A DNA stretch of 64,000 bases. Origin: a virus. A program made the translations under genes and the position numbers. The stretch's first letter is position 1, and every line of letters begins with the position of its first letter. Where the stretch lies: IMG/VR virus record IMGVR_UViG_637000207_000006. The stretch is one strand, 5' to 3'. Positions 41,443-49,802 of this stretch are shown one piece after another. The notes under the pieces were generated by a model. That model was not told where the DNA came from, ran no database searches, and saw nothing but the letters and a program-made list of their open reading frames with translations.

Positions 41443-41767
41443 TTTTACCTCCGGCAATTCGGTGCTGCTGCACCATCTCTAATTTGCTGTAAAGCGCATC
41501 CAGCTTGGCTTCAATTACTGTTTGACCACGAATATAATCTTCACGGCGCACGTAATTCAGCGGCAAGTCAGCCTTAAACTGCATAAACTCACGTTCGAGC
41601 TGAGACCAATTGTCTACGGAATTTTTAAGCGCTTGCTCTAACGAGGCGTGTCTTTCCTCCTGTCGCTCTTCGGCTTTGCTGAATAACCACTTTGCGATAC
41701 CAAAAACGAAACCAAGGAAAGAGAGCAGAAAACCTACGGCAGCCCAAAATTCAATCTGTAGTGTCAT
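41435..41767 (-). CDS. Mu gp25-like membrane protein (DUF2730-like)
   Basis: N-terminal TM; LPLNYVRREDY. Confidence 0.75.
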   Translation of the reverse strand: MTLQIEFWAAVGFLLSFLGFVFGIAKWLFSKAEERQEERHASLEQALKNSVDNWSQLEREFMQFKADLPLNYVRREDYIRGQTVIEAKLDALYSKLEMVQQHRIAGGKND

Positions 41768-42387
41768 TGTTGTAATCCTTCGATGTAATCCAGCAGGCCA
41801 TTGACCTGCGCTTTCAATGCAAGACACTGTTCTCCGTTATCGATGATATTGGCAAGGATATCTCGTTGTGTGATACCGGATGGCCGTAGTTGGGCATCAG
41901 AGCTTTCATTTCCACGGAACGTTTCATCAGCGCCGGAGGTAACGGAGACAGAGCGAGTTTGTTCACTGGACAGGCCGAGGGCGGCGTTGTATTGCTGCAT
42001 GAAGCCACGAGTAAACACACAATTAACAGGATGAAACTGTTGTTTTTCATCCATCCAACTCTGGGTAACATGGTCAATTTTCCTCTTCAGTTGTTGGTTC
42101 TGAGTGCGGAGTTGTTCAATATCGTTGAGATAATTGGCTTCTGCCTGATGCGCTGAGTTGACCTGCATTTGGTAACGTTGCTGCAAGGCATTGAGTGCCG
42201 CCAGTTCCCGCTCTGTCCGTTGCTTTTCCAGCTGAAGAAATTCGGCTTTCTGCTGTGCTAATGCAGTGTTTCCTGTCTCCGTTGCTTTCTGAAAGCCTAT
42301 GGTATGGCCTCTCCAGTGGGCCAAAGCGAACATGCCAATTAGCGACAAAATCAATACAACAGGTTTAGCCCATAATTTAATTGGCAC
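41764..42387 (-). CDS. i-spanin
   Basis: Probable GTG start 42387 overlapping the endolysin end; TM then coiled coil. Confidence 0.75.
   Translation of the reverse strand: MPIKLWAKPVVLILSLIGMFALAHWRGHTIGFQKATETGNTALAQQKAEFLQLEKQRTERELAALNALQQRYQMQVNSAHQAEANYLNDIEQLRTQNQQLKRKIDHVTQSWMDEKQQFHPVNCVFTRGFMQQYNAALGLSSEQTRSVSVTSGADETFRGNESSDAQLRPSGITQRDILANIIDNGEQCLALKAQVNGLLDYIEGLQQ
41814..42050 (-). CDS. o-spanin lipoprotein, nested
   Basis: MKNNSFILLIVCLLVASC lipobox, Pro-rich, inside the i-spanin gene. Confidence 0.75.
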   Translation of the reverse strand: MKNNSFILLIVCLLVASCSNTTPPSACPVNKLALSPLPPALMKRSVEMKALMPNYGHPVSHNEISLPISSITENSVLH

Positions 42388-43000
42388 AGCTGGTACCTCC
42401 CCAAGCCAAATAACGAGGCGCGAGTTCCAGTAATATGCGTTTGGAATAATGTCGATTTTCTTTCCATGCTGACGCTCTACGCCCAGCATTCTGAGATTCA
42501 ACATGACCGAACCAGACCCACGGATTGAGACCAACTGCCTCGGTTTTCTTCTTATCCCGTAGTAACCATCCTAAGCCCCCATTATAGGAAGACAGCGCCA
42601 TCGCCATTCTTTGGCACTTATCGGCAGCTTTAATGCGTTGCCATAGCCAATAGTCATAGTGAACCATTGCCCGTATAGACCAGATTGGGTTGAAGGGATC
42701 TTTATTGGATAATTCAGGAATGCGTTGACTAATCCAATCCGCTGTTGCGGGCATAAACTGGGCCATACCCTGAGCACCAACAGGAGAAATAGCTCGTGAT
42801 TTCCAGTCACTCTCCTGATGCAACTGAGCGGCAAAATCAGCTACAGGCGCATTCAATCCCCAGATCACACGAGAAGCACGTATTAAGTCATTGCGGTATT
42901 GCCGCGAACGGTGTGGCAGTTCGTCAGCCAATGCTAGGCTGACCATACCACTACACCACAACAAAACAATTCCGATAATCTGCCGCCAATTCATAATCAC
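42377..43000 (-). CDS. Endolysin, SLT lytic transglycosylase
   Basis: AAQLHQES...GAQGMAQFMP...SYNGGLG; N-terminal signal-like segment. Confidence 0.9.
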   Translation of the reverse strand: MIMNWRQIIGIVLLWCSGMVSLALADELPHRSRQYRNDLIRASRVIWGLNAPVADFAAQLHQESDWKSRAISPVGAQGMAQFMPATADWISQRIPELSNKDPFNPIWSIRAMVHYDYWLWQRIKAADKCQRMAMALSSYNGGLGWLLRDKKKTEAVGLNPWVWFGHVESQNAGRRASAWKENRHYSKRILLELAPRYLAWGGTSCAN

Positions 43001-43347
43001 AACCCTGTAGCTACGCTCAGACAGGTAGCGGCAACAATCAGTGCACGGCGTATCAGAACGGCAGCAAATACCATATGGTAGCCAGTCTGAACGGGATATT
43101 TTCCTTCTTTCATGAGTATTTCATCATATTTCAGATACTGACCGGGCCTTGCTTTCGGGAATAAACTGCGGTCAAGCCAGTACCCCAAGACAACAGCCAG
43201 AGCAATAAGCGACAATTTGTAAATCACAACAGGGACTTGTTGAGGGGAAACTAAACCGATAGTGATCAGCAATAGAACAGCTGTTAACAACCAGCCACCG
43301 AGGCGTAATTTTTTGATAAGTGATACAAACGATTTGAAAGTTTTCAC
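42997..43347 (-). CDS. Putative holin (2/3-TM family)
   Basis: VVLGYWLDRSLFPKARP; first gene of the late operon. Confidence 0.82.
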   Translation of the reverse strand: MKTFKSFVSLIKKLRLGGWLLTAVLLLITIGLVSPQQVPVVIYKLSLIALAVVLGYWLDRSLFPKARPGQYLKYDEILMKEGKYPVQTGYHMVFAAVLIRRALIVAATCLSVATGL

Positions 43348-43376
43348 TGAACTGTCTCCGTAGTCGTTGATGGAAA

Positions 43377-43422
43377 CAGTTTTGCAAATTTATCGGGAAA
43401 AGGATTTTAAAGGGCGTTAAGA
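43377..43422 (-). promoter_or_regulatory. Late promoter (Plys-like)
   Basis: CAGT at 43377, TTAAAG-GGCG-TTAAGA at 43407. Confidence 0.7.
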
Positions 43423-43597
43423 GCGCATCAGAAAAGTAAAAGACAGGATAAGAGCGACCTGCCTAACACTCGAATACTGGGTAGGCTATCAACTCACAGG
43501 TATGTACTGTGAGTCAACCGAGGCTCTTTCCGCTATTGATTATTGATGACCGGGAAAGCCTAACTCATTTTCAGCTAATGGAAAAGGCTTACGGATA

Positions 43598-44368
43598 ATG
43601 AAAGAACAATCTTTACCTATCGTTCCGTGGATCGGTGGTAAACGCCGATTAGCAAAACATATTTTACCGTTATTTCCTGAGCATACCTGTTATGTCGAAC
43701 CGTTCTGTGGTGCTGCCGCGCTGTATTTCCTAAAAGTACCGAGCAAATGTGAAGTGATTAATGATCTTAATGGTGAGTTGGTGAATCTTTATCGCGTAAT
43801 AAAACATCACTTGGAAGAGTTTGTCCGGCAATTTAAATGGGCATTGGTCAGCCGCCAAATATATAAATGGTTGCAGATTACCCCCGAAGAAACGCTAACC
43901 GATATTCAGAGAGCAGCACGTTTCTACTATCTCCAAAAGCAGGCGTTTAGCGGTAAGGTTGCTGAACATACTTTCGGTACTTCCACCACCAGCCCACCGC
44001 GATTTAATTTACTCAGAATAGAAGAAGAGCTATCAATGGCTCACCTACGACTAGCAAGAACGATCATTGAAAATATGAACTGGACACAATGCGTCCAACG
44101 GTACGACAGGCCACATACGCTGTTTTACTGTGATCCGCCGTATTGGGGTACCGAAGGATATGGCATAGATTTCGGACTTGAGAACTATGATCTATTAGCA
44201 GAACTAGCACATACCATCCGAGGGGAAATGGTAATTTCGGTGAACGATATTCCAGAAATGCGTAAGGCATTCAAAGGATTGAAAATGCAAGTAGTCAATA
44301 TCGGTTACAACTTGAAAGTTACGGGGAAAGCTAAACAGAGTAAAGAGCTGATTATTTGTAATTTCTAA
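43598..44368 (+). CDS. DNA adenine methyltransferase (Dam/D12 class)
   Basis: PWIGGK, YVEPFCGAAA, INDLN, YCDPPY. Confidence 0.93.
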   Translation: MKEQSLPIVPWIGGKRRLAKHILPLFPEHTCYVEPFCGAAALYFLKVPSKCEVINDLNGELVNLYRVIKHHLEEFVRQFKWALVSRQIYKWLQITPEETLTDIQRAARFYYLQKQAFSGKVAEHTFGTSTTSPPRFNLLRIEEELSMAHLRLARTIIENMNWTQCVQRYDRPHTLFYCDPPYWGTEGYGIDFGLENYDLLAELAHTIRGEMVISVNDIPEMRKAFKGLKMQVVNIGYNLKVTGKAKQSKELIICNF

Positions 44369-44415
44369 TAACCGAGAATGGCAAGGCAATATATTTGCTT
44401 TGCCATTTTTTACCT

Positions 44416-44853
44416 TTAACCTAAGCCAATAGAACGGGATACAAACTGTAAACCTATTCCGAGAGTTTGGCTAATTAAAGACCTTAATGCTTCTTTACTT
44501 TCAGTCTTCAGTGTTTCCTTAATACGATCACCTAATGGGGTTTCTAAGCTGTCAGGGATTACTTTAAGAACTTCTAAACCTTCAGCCGTTAATACGGCTC
44601 TATGACAACCTTCAGAGCTCATAGTCCCTGCCAAATAACCATTCGTTATGAGCCAATCCACTGTATCCAGAAAAAATCTATGATCTTCTACTGTAGTACA
44701 AAGTTCGTCAGAGTATGTTCCATCAGAATATTGAAGGGGTTCACCGATTACCTCTATAGATAAAAGATCTATCTTTAAAGGAAATGACTCATATAGTTTC
44801 CCAAATATAATACCTACAATTTCATTAAACTTTTCTATGTTTGTAGTAGACAT
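44416..44853 (-). CDS. Hypothetical protein, winged-helix-like
   Basis: 145 aa from ATG 44853; DWLITNGYL...AVLTAEGLEVL; AT-rich. Confidence 0.65.
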   Translation of the reverse strand: MSTTNIEKFNEIVGIIFGKLYESFPLKIDLLSIEVIGEPLQYSDGTYSDELCTTVEDHRFFLDTVDWLITNGYLAGTMSSEGCHRAVLTAEGLEVLKVIPDSLETPLGDRIKETLKTESKEALRSLISQTLGIGLQFVSRSIGLG

Positions 44854-44870
44854 AAATATCCTATTTGTTT

Positions 44871-45299
44871 CTAAAGTTTCAATTTCAATGTTCCACCAGG
44901 TACATTCTGTTGATCTAAACAAACAGATTGGCAAGCTGATTTAGATATGGATAAAACTGTTTCGTTATCCTCTATATCAAGAAAACAATTATTTCCATGA
45001 GCCATATAATCATTAGACAGTTTGGCATTTTCATCAATATGAAATTTGATAGTTGTGCGTGAAGGATAACTGTTTTCGTAAACTGTGATGTCAGTAAATT
45101 GATCAGAGTATTTATCCAATCCTGGGCACATTTCCCTAATAGTTGGCAATAATTTTTGGACTAACGGATTATCTGTTTTGACTATAAATTTCAATGTAGA
45201 AATAGTAGATGTATCTGTTATTTCCTGTGTATTCATTTCACCACAACCAAATATCAGAAATACGAAAATTATCGTAACTGAACCGTGTAACGTCAACAT
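44871..45299 (-). CDS. Putative lipoprotein
   Basis: MLTLHGSVTIIFVFLIFG-C lipobox-like signal; four further Cys. Confidence 0.6.
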   Translation of the reverse strand: MLTLHGSVTIIFVFLIFGCGEMNTQEITDTSTISTLKFIVKTDNPLVQKLLPTIREMCPGLDKYSDQFTDITVYENSYPSRTTIKFHIDENAKLSNDYMAHGNNCFLDIEDNETVLSISKSACQSVCLDQQNVPGGTLKLKL

Positions 45300-45336
45300 A
45301 GATGTTATCCCCAAAGTGAAATGATAAATAATAAAT

Positions 45337-45681
45337 CTACAATTGATGTTTCCGTAATATAGATACTATAACGAAAAAACACCCCCCCATCCCCAGTGCA
45401 GCTCCTGCCTGCCATTCTTCTGGACCAAACTTAAAAAGTAAAAGAAATATAGCTCCTATACAAAAAACAGCAACAATCAATATCAACGCAAATCGTAGAT
45501 CTATTTCCTGATTTCTACGTTGTTGTTCCGCATCTTCAAACTCAGCTTCACAATGTCGGCAATATTGTCGACCTGGTGTCAAATATCGCTGTTCACAATA
45601 TGGGCATGGCTCTGGGCCATTATAATTATACTCATGATAATCATTAGCCGCGACCCGATTGTTATCCCCGTTAATTTTCAA
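45337..45681 (-). CDS. Zn-ribbon two-TM membrane protein
   Basis: TTG start 45681 with GGAGGT SD; CPYC...CRHC; two C-terminal hydrophobic segments. Confidence 0.72.
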   Translation of the reverse strand: MKINGDNNRVAANDYHEYNYNGPEPCPYCEQRYLTPGRQYCRHCEAEFEDAEQQRRNQEIDLRFALILIVAVFCIGAIFLLLFKFGPEEWQAGAALGMGGCFFVIVSILRKHQL

Positions 45682-45716
45682 ATGAGACCTCCATTGCAAC
45701 TACATTTTTACCACAA

Positions 45717-46115
45717 CTACTTTTTATGCTCGTTATAGTCCCTACCTGCAATTCGGTTTCCATTACCTGTTATTTTTTGCTTTGTTGAACTAACGTTCGA
45801 GAGTCCTGACTGTAAGGCCGCTACTGCAGCAACCTTAAGAGCTAATGGTGCTTGTCTATAGTATTGAACCAACTCAGATTCATCTGGAGATAATACAACA
45901 TTGGAGGAGGATGTACCTGTAAGAATAAACTGAACATTCGCTCCAGCCAATGCAAATGCAACCCATACATCACCACCAGGAACGGCTACACCACGTTCGT
46001 ATTTGCTCCACATCTCACGTGATACACCACACATTTGAGCCGCCTCATCTTGTTTTAAAGACAGGCGTTTTCTTTCTTTTTTTAGACGAGCCGCACAAAG
46101 AGAATCAAAGTTCAC
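45717..46115 (-). CDS. Prophage repressor (XRE HTH)
   Basis: RLKKERKRLSLKQDEAAQMCGVSREMWSKYERG; divergent from the early operon. Confidence 0.88.
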   Translation of the reverse strand: MNFDSLCAARLKKERKRLSLKQDEAAQMCGVSREMWSKYERGVAVPGGDVWVAFALAGANVQFILTGTSSSNVVLSPDESELVQYYRQAPLALKVAAVAALQSGLSNVSSTKQKITGNGNRIAGRDYNEHKK

Positions 46116-46154
46116 AAATCCACCATTGACAAAGAGAATAAAAGTTCACATAAT
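46095..46154 (+). promoter_or_regulatory. Early promoter with two 22-bp direct repeats (operators)
   Basis: TTGACA 46126 - 17 nt - CATAAT 46149; repeats ACAAAGAGAAT(C/A)AAAGTTCACA at 46095 and 46129. Confidence 0.75.
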
Positions 46155-46200
46155 TTGGCATATATCAAAACACTATCATTGCACGACTGGAGATAAAACA

Positions 46201-46386
46201 ATGACACCGGAGAAAATCAAACAGCGCTTTCAGCAAGACGGTATCACAGTTACTCAATGGGCAAACGAGAACGGTTATTCGCGCGAGGCTGTATACCGCG
46301 TTCTTAATGGGCAATCCAAAGCTAATTACGGAAAAGCCCATGAGATAGCCGTAAAACTTGGCCTAAAAACTCCAAATATAGGCTAA
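46201..46386 (+). CDS. Cro/Ner-analogous DNA-binding protein (BcepMu gp16 family)
   Basis: 61 aa, ITVTQWANENGY...GKAHEIAVKLGLK. Confidence 0.85.
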   Translation: MTPEKIKQRFQQDGITVTQWANENGYSREAVYRVLNGQSKANYGKAHEIAVKLGLKTPNIG

Positions 46387-46441
46387 CTATTTTATCACTC
46401 TATGTAACAGATTATCACATATTGAAAAGGGAGAATGTGAC

Positions 46442-46750
46442 ATGCGCAAAATTAACGTTTCCAGTTCTGGTACGCGCATATTACGAGTTCTTAAGGCTCT
46501 ACGTGGTCATTCCTTGTCTGGGATGAGTAATGGTGAATTAGCGGAATTACTGGAGGAATCTCCTACAAATATTAATCGTGCACTAAATACATTAATAGAA
46601 GAAGGGCTGGCGCAAAAACTGGGTAGCGGCAGATATGCACCCGGTATGCAATTACTGCAAATAGCACAATCGTTCTCTAATGAAATGGCTAACACCCAAG
46701 CCAAAATTACAGAAATGAATCAGCGCGTTTTGGCTGGTAGCAGAAATTAA
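46442..46750 (+). CDS. IclR-type winged HTH protein
   Basis: RILRVLKALRGH...INRALNTLIEEGLA. Confidence 0.8.
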   Translation: MRKINVSSSGTRILRVLKALRGHSLSGMSNGELAELLEESPTNINRALNTLIEEGLAQKLGSGRYAPGMQLLQIAQSFSNEMANTQAKITEMNQRVLAGSRN

Positions 46751-46769
46751 TTAACAAGAGATTCATACA

Positions 46770-47726
46770 ATGGCACGCTCAAAAAATACAACATCAGTAA
46801 AACTGGCCGAAGATGTTCAACTTGCCGACGATCTACAGGTCAATCTCAACGCTATGACAACACACCGCCTGCAAATCATGGAACAGTTTGGTGATGGTTT
46901 GCCGTATGAACGTGATCGCATCGTCCATGAAACCCGTTTCTACATGGCTCAGAGTGCTGAAGCGATGTTAGAAGCTGGGAAGCGTCTCATTATTCTTAAA
47001 GAGAATGAACCTCATGGCGAGTTTGTTAACATCGTTAAGGATCAACTCGGTCTGGAACCCCGTATTGCCCAAAAAATGGCACAAGCTGCACTCAAATTTC
47101 TTTCACCTGGATTAGAAACAAAAGCGAAAACGTTTTCGCTTTTGGGACGTTCCAAACTGTATGAGTTGATGCTTGAAGATGATGATGAACTGTCAGAATT
47201 GGCTGAAGGTGGCACTGTAGCTGGTCTGACATTAGATGATATTGATCGCATGTCTGTCCGCGAACTACGTAAGACCCTGCGTGATACACGCGCTGATCTG
47301 GAAATCTCACGCCAGACGGTGCAGGAAAAAAAGGAACTTGTTAGTAATTTGATTGAGGAGAAATCTGCAATCCAGCACAAACTTCAGCGCCGAATTAATC
47401 ATGAAAAACCTGAAGAGGAAGGTGCAGCTTTGACACAAGAGGTTAATTCATTGTCTTTTGCTATTGATGCCGCTATCACCAATCTTTTCAATGGATTTGA
47501 AACACTTAATGACCATACCACACGCACCGATATTAGTCATGTTGGGTTTATGGCAGGCGTACTCGATGACCTTGAAGTCAAAATTCGTAACCTACGTAAT
47601 CACTTTAATCTGCCTGAGTACAGAGAACACAGCATTGTTCCTGATTGGGCTAAAGAAAGTGCGGAAGCAGAAGAGGAAAAATTCGAACGACCAGAATGGA
47701 TGGATAAGGAAGAGGCACATGAATAA
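46770..47726 (+). CDS. DUF3102-domain early protein
   Basis: EAGKRLIILKENEPHGEF motif. Confidence 0.78.
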   Translation: MARSKNTTSVKLAEDVQLADDLQVNLNAMTTHRLQIMEQFGDGLPYERDRIVHETRFYMAQSAEAMLEAGKRLIILKENEPHGEFVNIVKDQLGLEPRIAQKMAQAALKFLSPGLETKAKTFSLLGRSKLYELMLEDDDELSELAEGGTVAGLTLDDIDRMSVRELRKTLRDTRADLEISRQTVQEKKELVSNLIEEKSAIQHKLQRRINHEKPEEEGAALTQEVNSLSFAIDAAITNLFNGFETLNDHTTRTDISHVGFMAGVLDDLEVKIRNLRNHFNLPEYREHSIVPDWAKESAEAEEEKFERPEWMDKEEAHE

Positions 47727-47779
47727 ATCTGAGTTGAAAAAAATGCTTGAAAAGAAACTGAAGAAATAAGGGCAATAAC

Positions 47780-49564
47780 ATGAATACCACAATGACCGAA
47801 CGATTAGTTTCTATTGCACAGGCAGCACATAAAGCCGGACATGGCAGTAAAGAAGCAATATATCGGGCGGCTTGTGAAGAGCTGTGTATGTCACGTTCAA
47901 CATTGATTAAAAAACTTGGTGAAGTTTCTGGCAAAAAGCCACGCAAGAAACGTTCTGATGCAGGTAATAGCGCGCTGACACGTGAAGAAGCAACTTTGAT
48001 CTCAGGGGTATTGATGGAGGCCACTCGTAATACAGGGAAACGGTTATATAGCCTCGAACAGGCCGTTAATGATCTGCGTTCAAATGGCCTGATTAATGCA
48101 GGCCATATTGATACCAAAACAGGCGAATTTTCTCCGTTATCCATTGACGCGATTAGTCGTGCATTGCGCCAGTACAAACTTCATCCTGAACAGTTGAAAA
48201 TGCCTGCGCCCAGCCTACAATTGGCTAGCCTGCATCCCAATCATGTCTGGGAATTAGACGCCTCAATTTGTGTGTTGTATTACCTAAAAAACCCTAATAA
48301 AAACAATGGGGTTGACAGTGGATTACGCATGATGCCTGTGGCTGAATTTAATAAAAATAAGCCGAAAAATCTGGCTCGTATCATTAATGATCGCGTCTGG
48401 TCGTTTGAATTAACAGATCACACAAGTGGCTGGATATATGTTGAATACTTATTTGGCGGTGAAACCAGTCAGAATTTTACTTCTGTGTTGATTAACGCAA
48501 TGCAAGATCGTGGTGACGCAGATGTATTACACGGTGTACCCCAAATTTTATTTACTGACCCCGGTTCTGCTTTGACAGCACCTACACTACGTAACTTGTG
48601 TAAGGTCCTAGGCATTCAAATGATACAACACAAGGCCCGTAACGCCCGTGCTACGGGCTCTGTTGAAAAAGCACGTGACATCATCGAACGCAATTTCGAA
48701 TCCGGTTTACGCTTTCGACAGGTTGATAATATTGATGAACTTAACCGTCTGGCACGGCTATGGCGTATGAAGTTTAACCGCAGTGCAATACATAGCCGAC
48801 ATGGACAAACCCGTACAGATTGCTGGCTAAAAATCACAGCAGAACAGTTAGTAAAAGCACCTGCCATTAACGTTTGTCGTGAATTGGCAATTAGCACCCC
48901 AGAAAGCCGTAAAGTACAGGCAACCTTGCGAGTATCTTTCAGGGGACGTGAGTATGACGTCAGTACTGTTCCTGGGGTGAGTGTTGGTGATTCAATCATG
49001 ATCACCCGCAATCCGTGGCGTGACGAAGAGGCACAGGTAGTCATTACTGGTGAAGATGGCTTTGAGGCTTTTCATCTTGTTAATGAAGTTACTAAAGATG
49101 AGTACGGCTTTGCCATCGGCGCACCTGTAATTGGTAGTGAATTCCAAGCCATTCCTCAAACAATTGCACAACGTAATTTAGCCGAAGTTGAACAGAAAAT
49201 CATGGGGACAAACAACACGGCTGAAACTGAAATAGCACGTAAATTGAAAACACTTCCCCTCAATGGTCGGTTTGATCCATATTTGGATATTGAACGTAAT
49301 GATGCACCAACGTATATGCCAAAACGTGGACAAGCCTCTACGGTACATAGTCCACGAATTGAACAGCTTATGAACCCCGTTGATGTTGTCAAAATTTTAC
49401 GTGAACGGTTCCAATCACATGGTAAGACATGGCGTGGTGAATTTTATCAGCAAATAGTTAAACGCTTTCCTAATGGTGTTCCAACAGATCAAATTGATGA
49501 GTTGGTTGATGAATTCATAGGGAAATCAACAACTGTTGTATGCAATATTGTTAACGGTAATTAA
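47780..49564 (+). CDS. DDE transposase (MuA analogue, Tn552/TnsB-related)
   Basis: 594 aa; WELDAS, FTDPGS, GSVEKARDIIE catalytic triad. Confidence 0.93.
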   Translation: MNTTMTERLVSIAQAAHKAGHGSKEAIYRAACEELCMSRSTLIKKLGEVSGKKPRKKRSDAGNSALTREEATLISGVLMEATRNTGKRLYSLEQAVNDLRSNGLINAGHIDTKTGEFSPLSIDAISRALRQYKLHPEQLKMPAPSLQLASLHPNHVWELDASICVLYYLKNPNKNNGVDSGLRMMPVAEFNKNKPKNLARIINDRVWSFELTDHTSGWIYVEYLFGGETSQNFTSVLINAMQDRGDADVLHGVPQILFTDPGSALTAPTLRNLCKVLGIQMIQHKARNARATGSVEKARDIIERNFESGLRFRQVDNIDELNRLARLWRMKFNRSAIHSRHGQTRTDCWLKITAEQLVKAPAINVCRELAISTPESRKVQATLRVSFRGREYDVSTVPGVSVGDSIMITRNPWRDEEAQVVITGEDGFEAFHLVNEVTKDEYGFAIGAPVIGSEFQAIPQTIAQRNLAEVEQKIMGTNNTAETEIARKLKTLPLNGRFDPYLDIERNDAPTYMPKRGQASTVHSPRIEQLMNPVDVVKILRERFQSHGKTWRGEFYQQIVKRFPNGVPTDQIDELVDEFIGKSTTVVCNIVNGN

Positions 49565-49802
49565 TTTTTCATGGTGTATATTAAGGAAAAGAAAAATAGC
49601 AATTAAAATTCATGATCCACTGCTTTCACTGACAACTCAAAATACAACTGAGGTTTATTTATAAAAGTGATCCAGTTTGTTTTCGTGAAACTCATCATAA
49701 CGTAAGAAATATAAAGGATGTTTTTCCAGGGAATGATGTTGCTATCTCTTATTATCAATGGAATATGCAGAAATAAAAATAGCCGCTTAACGGGGGATTA
49801 TT

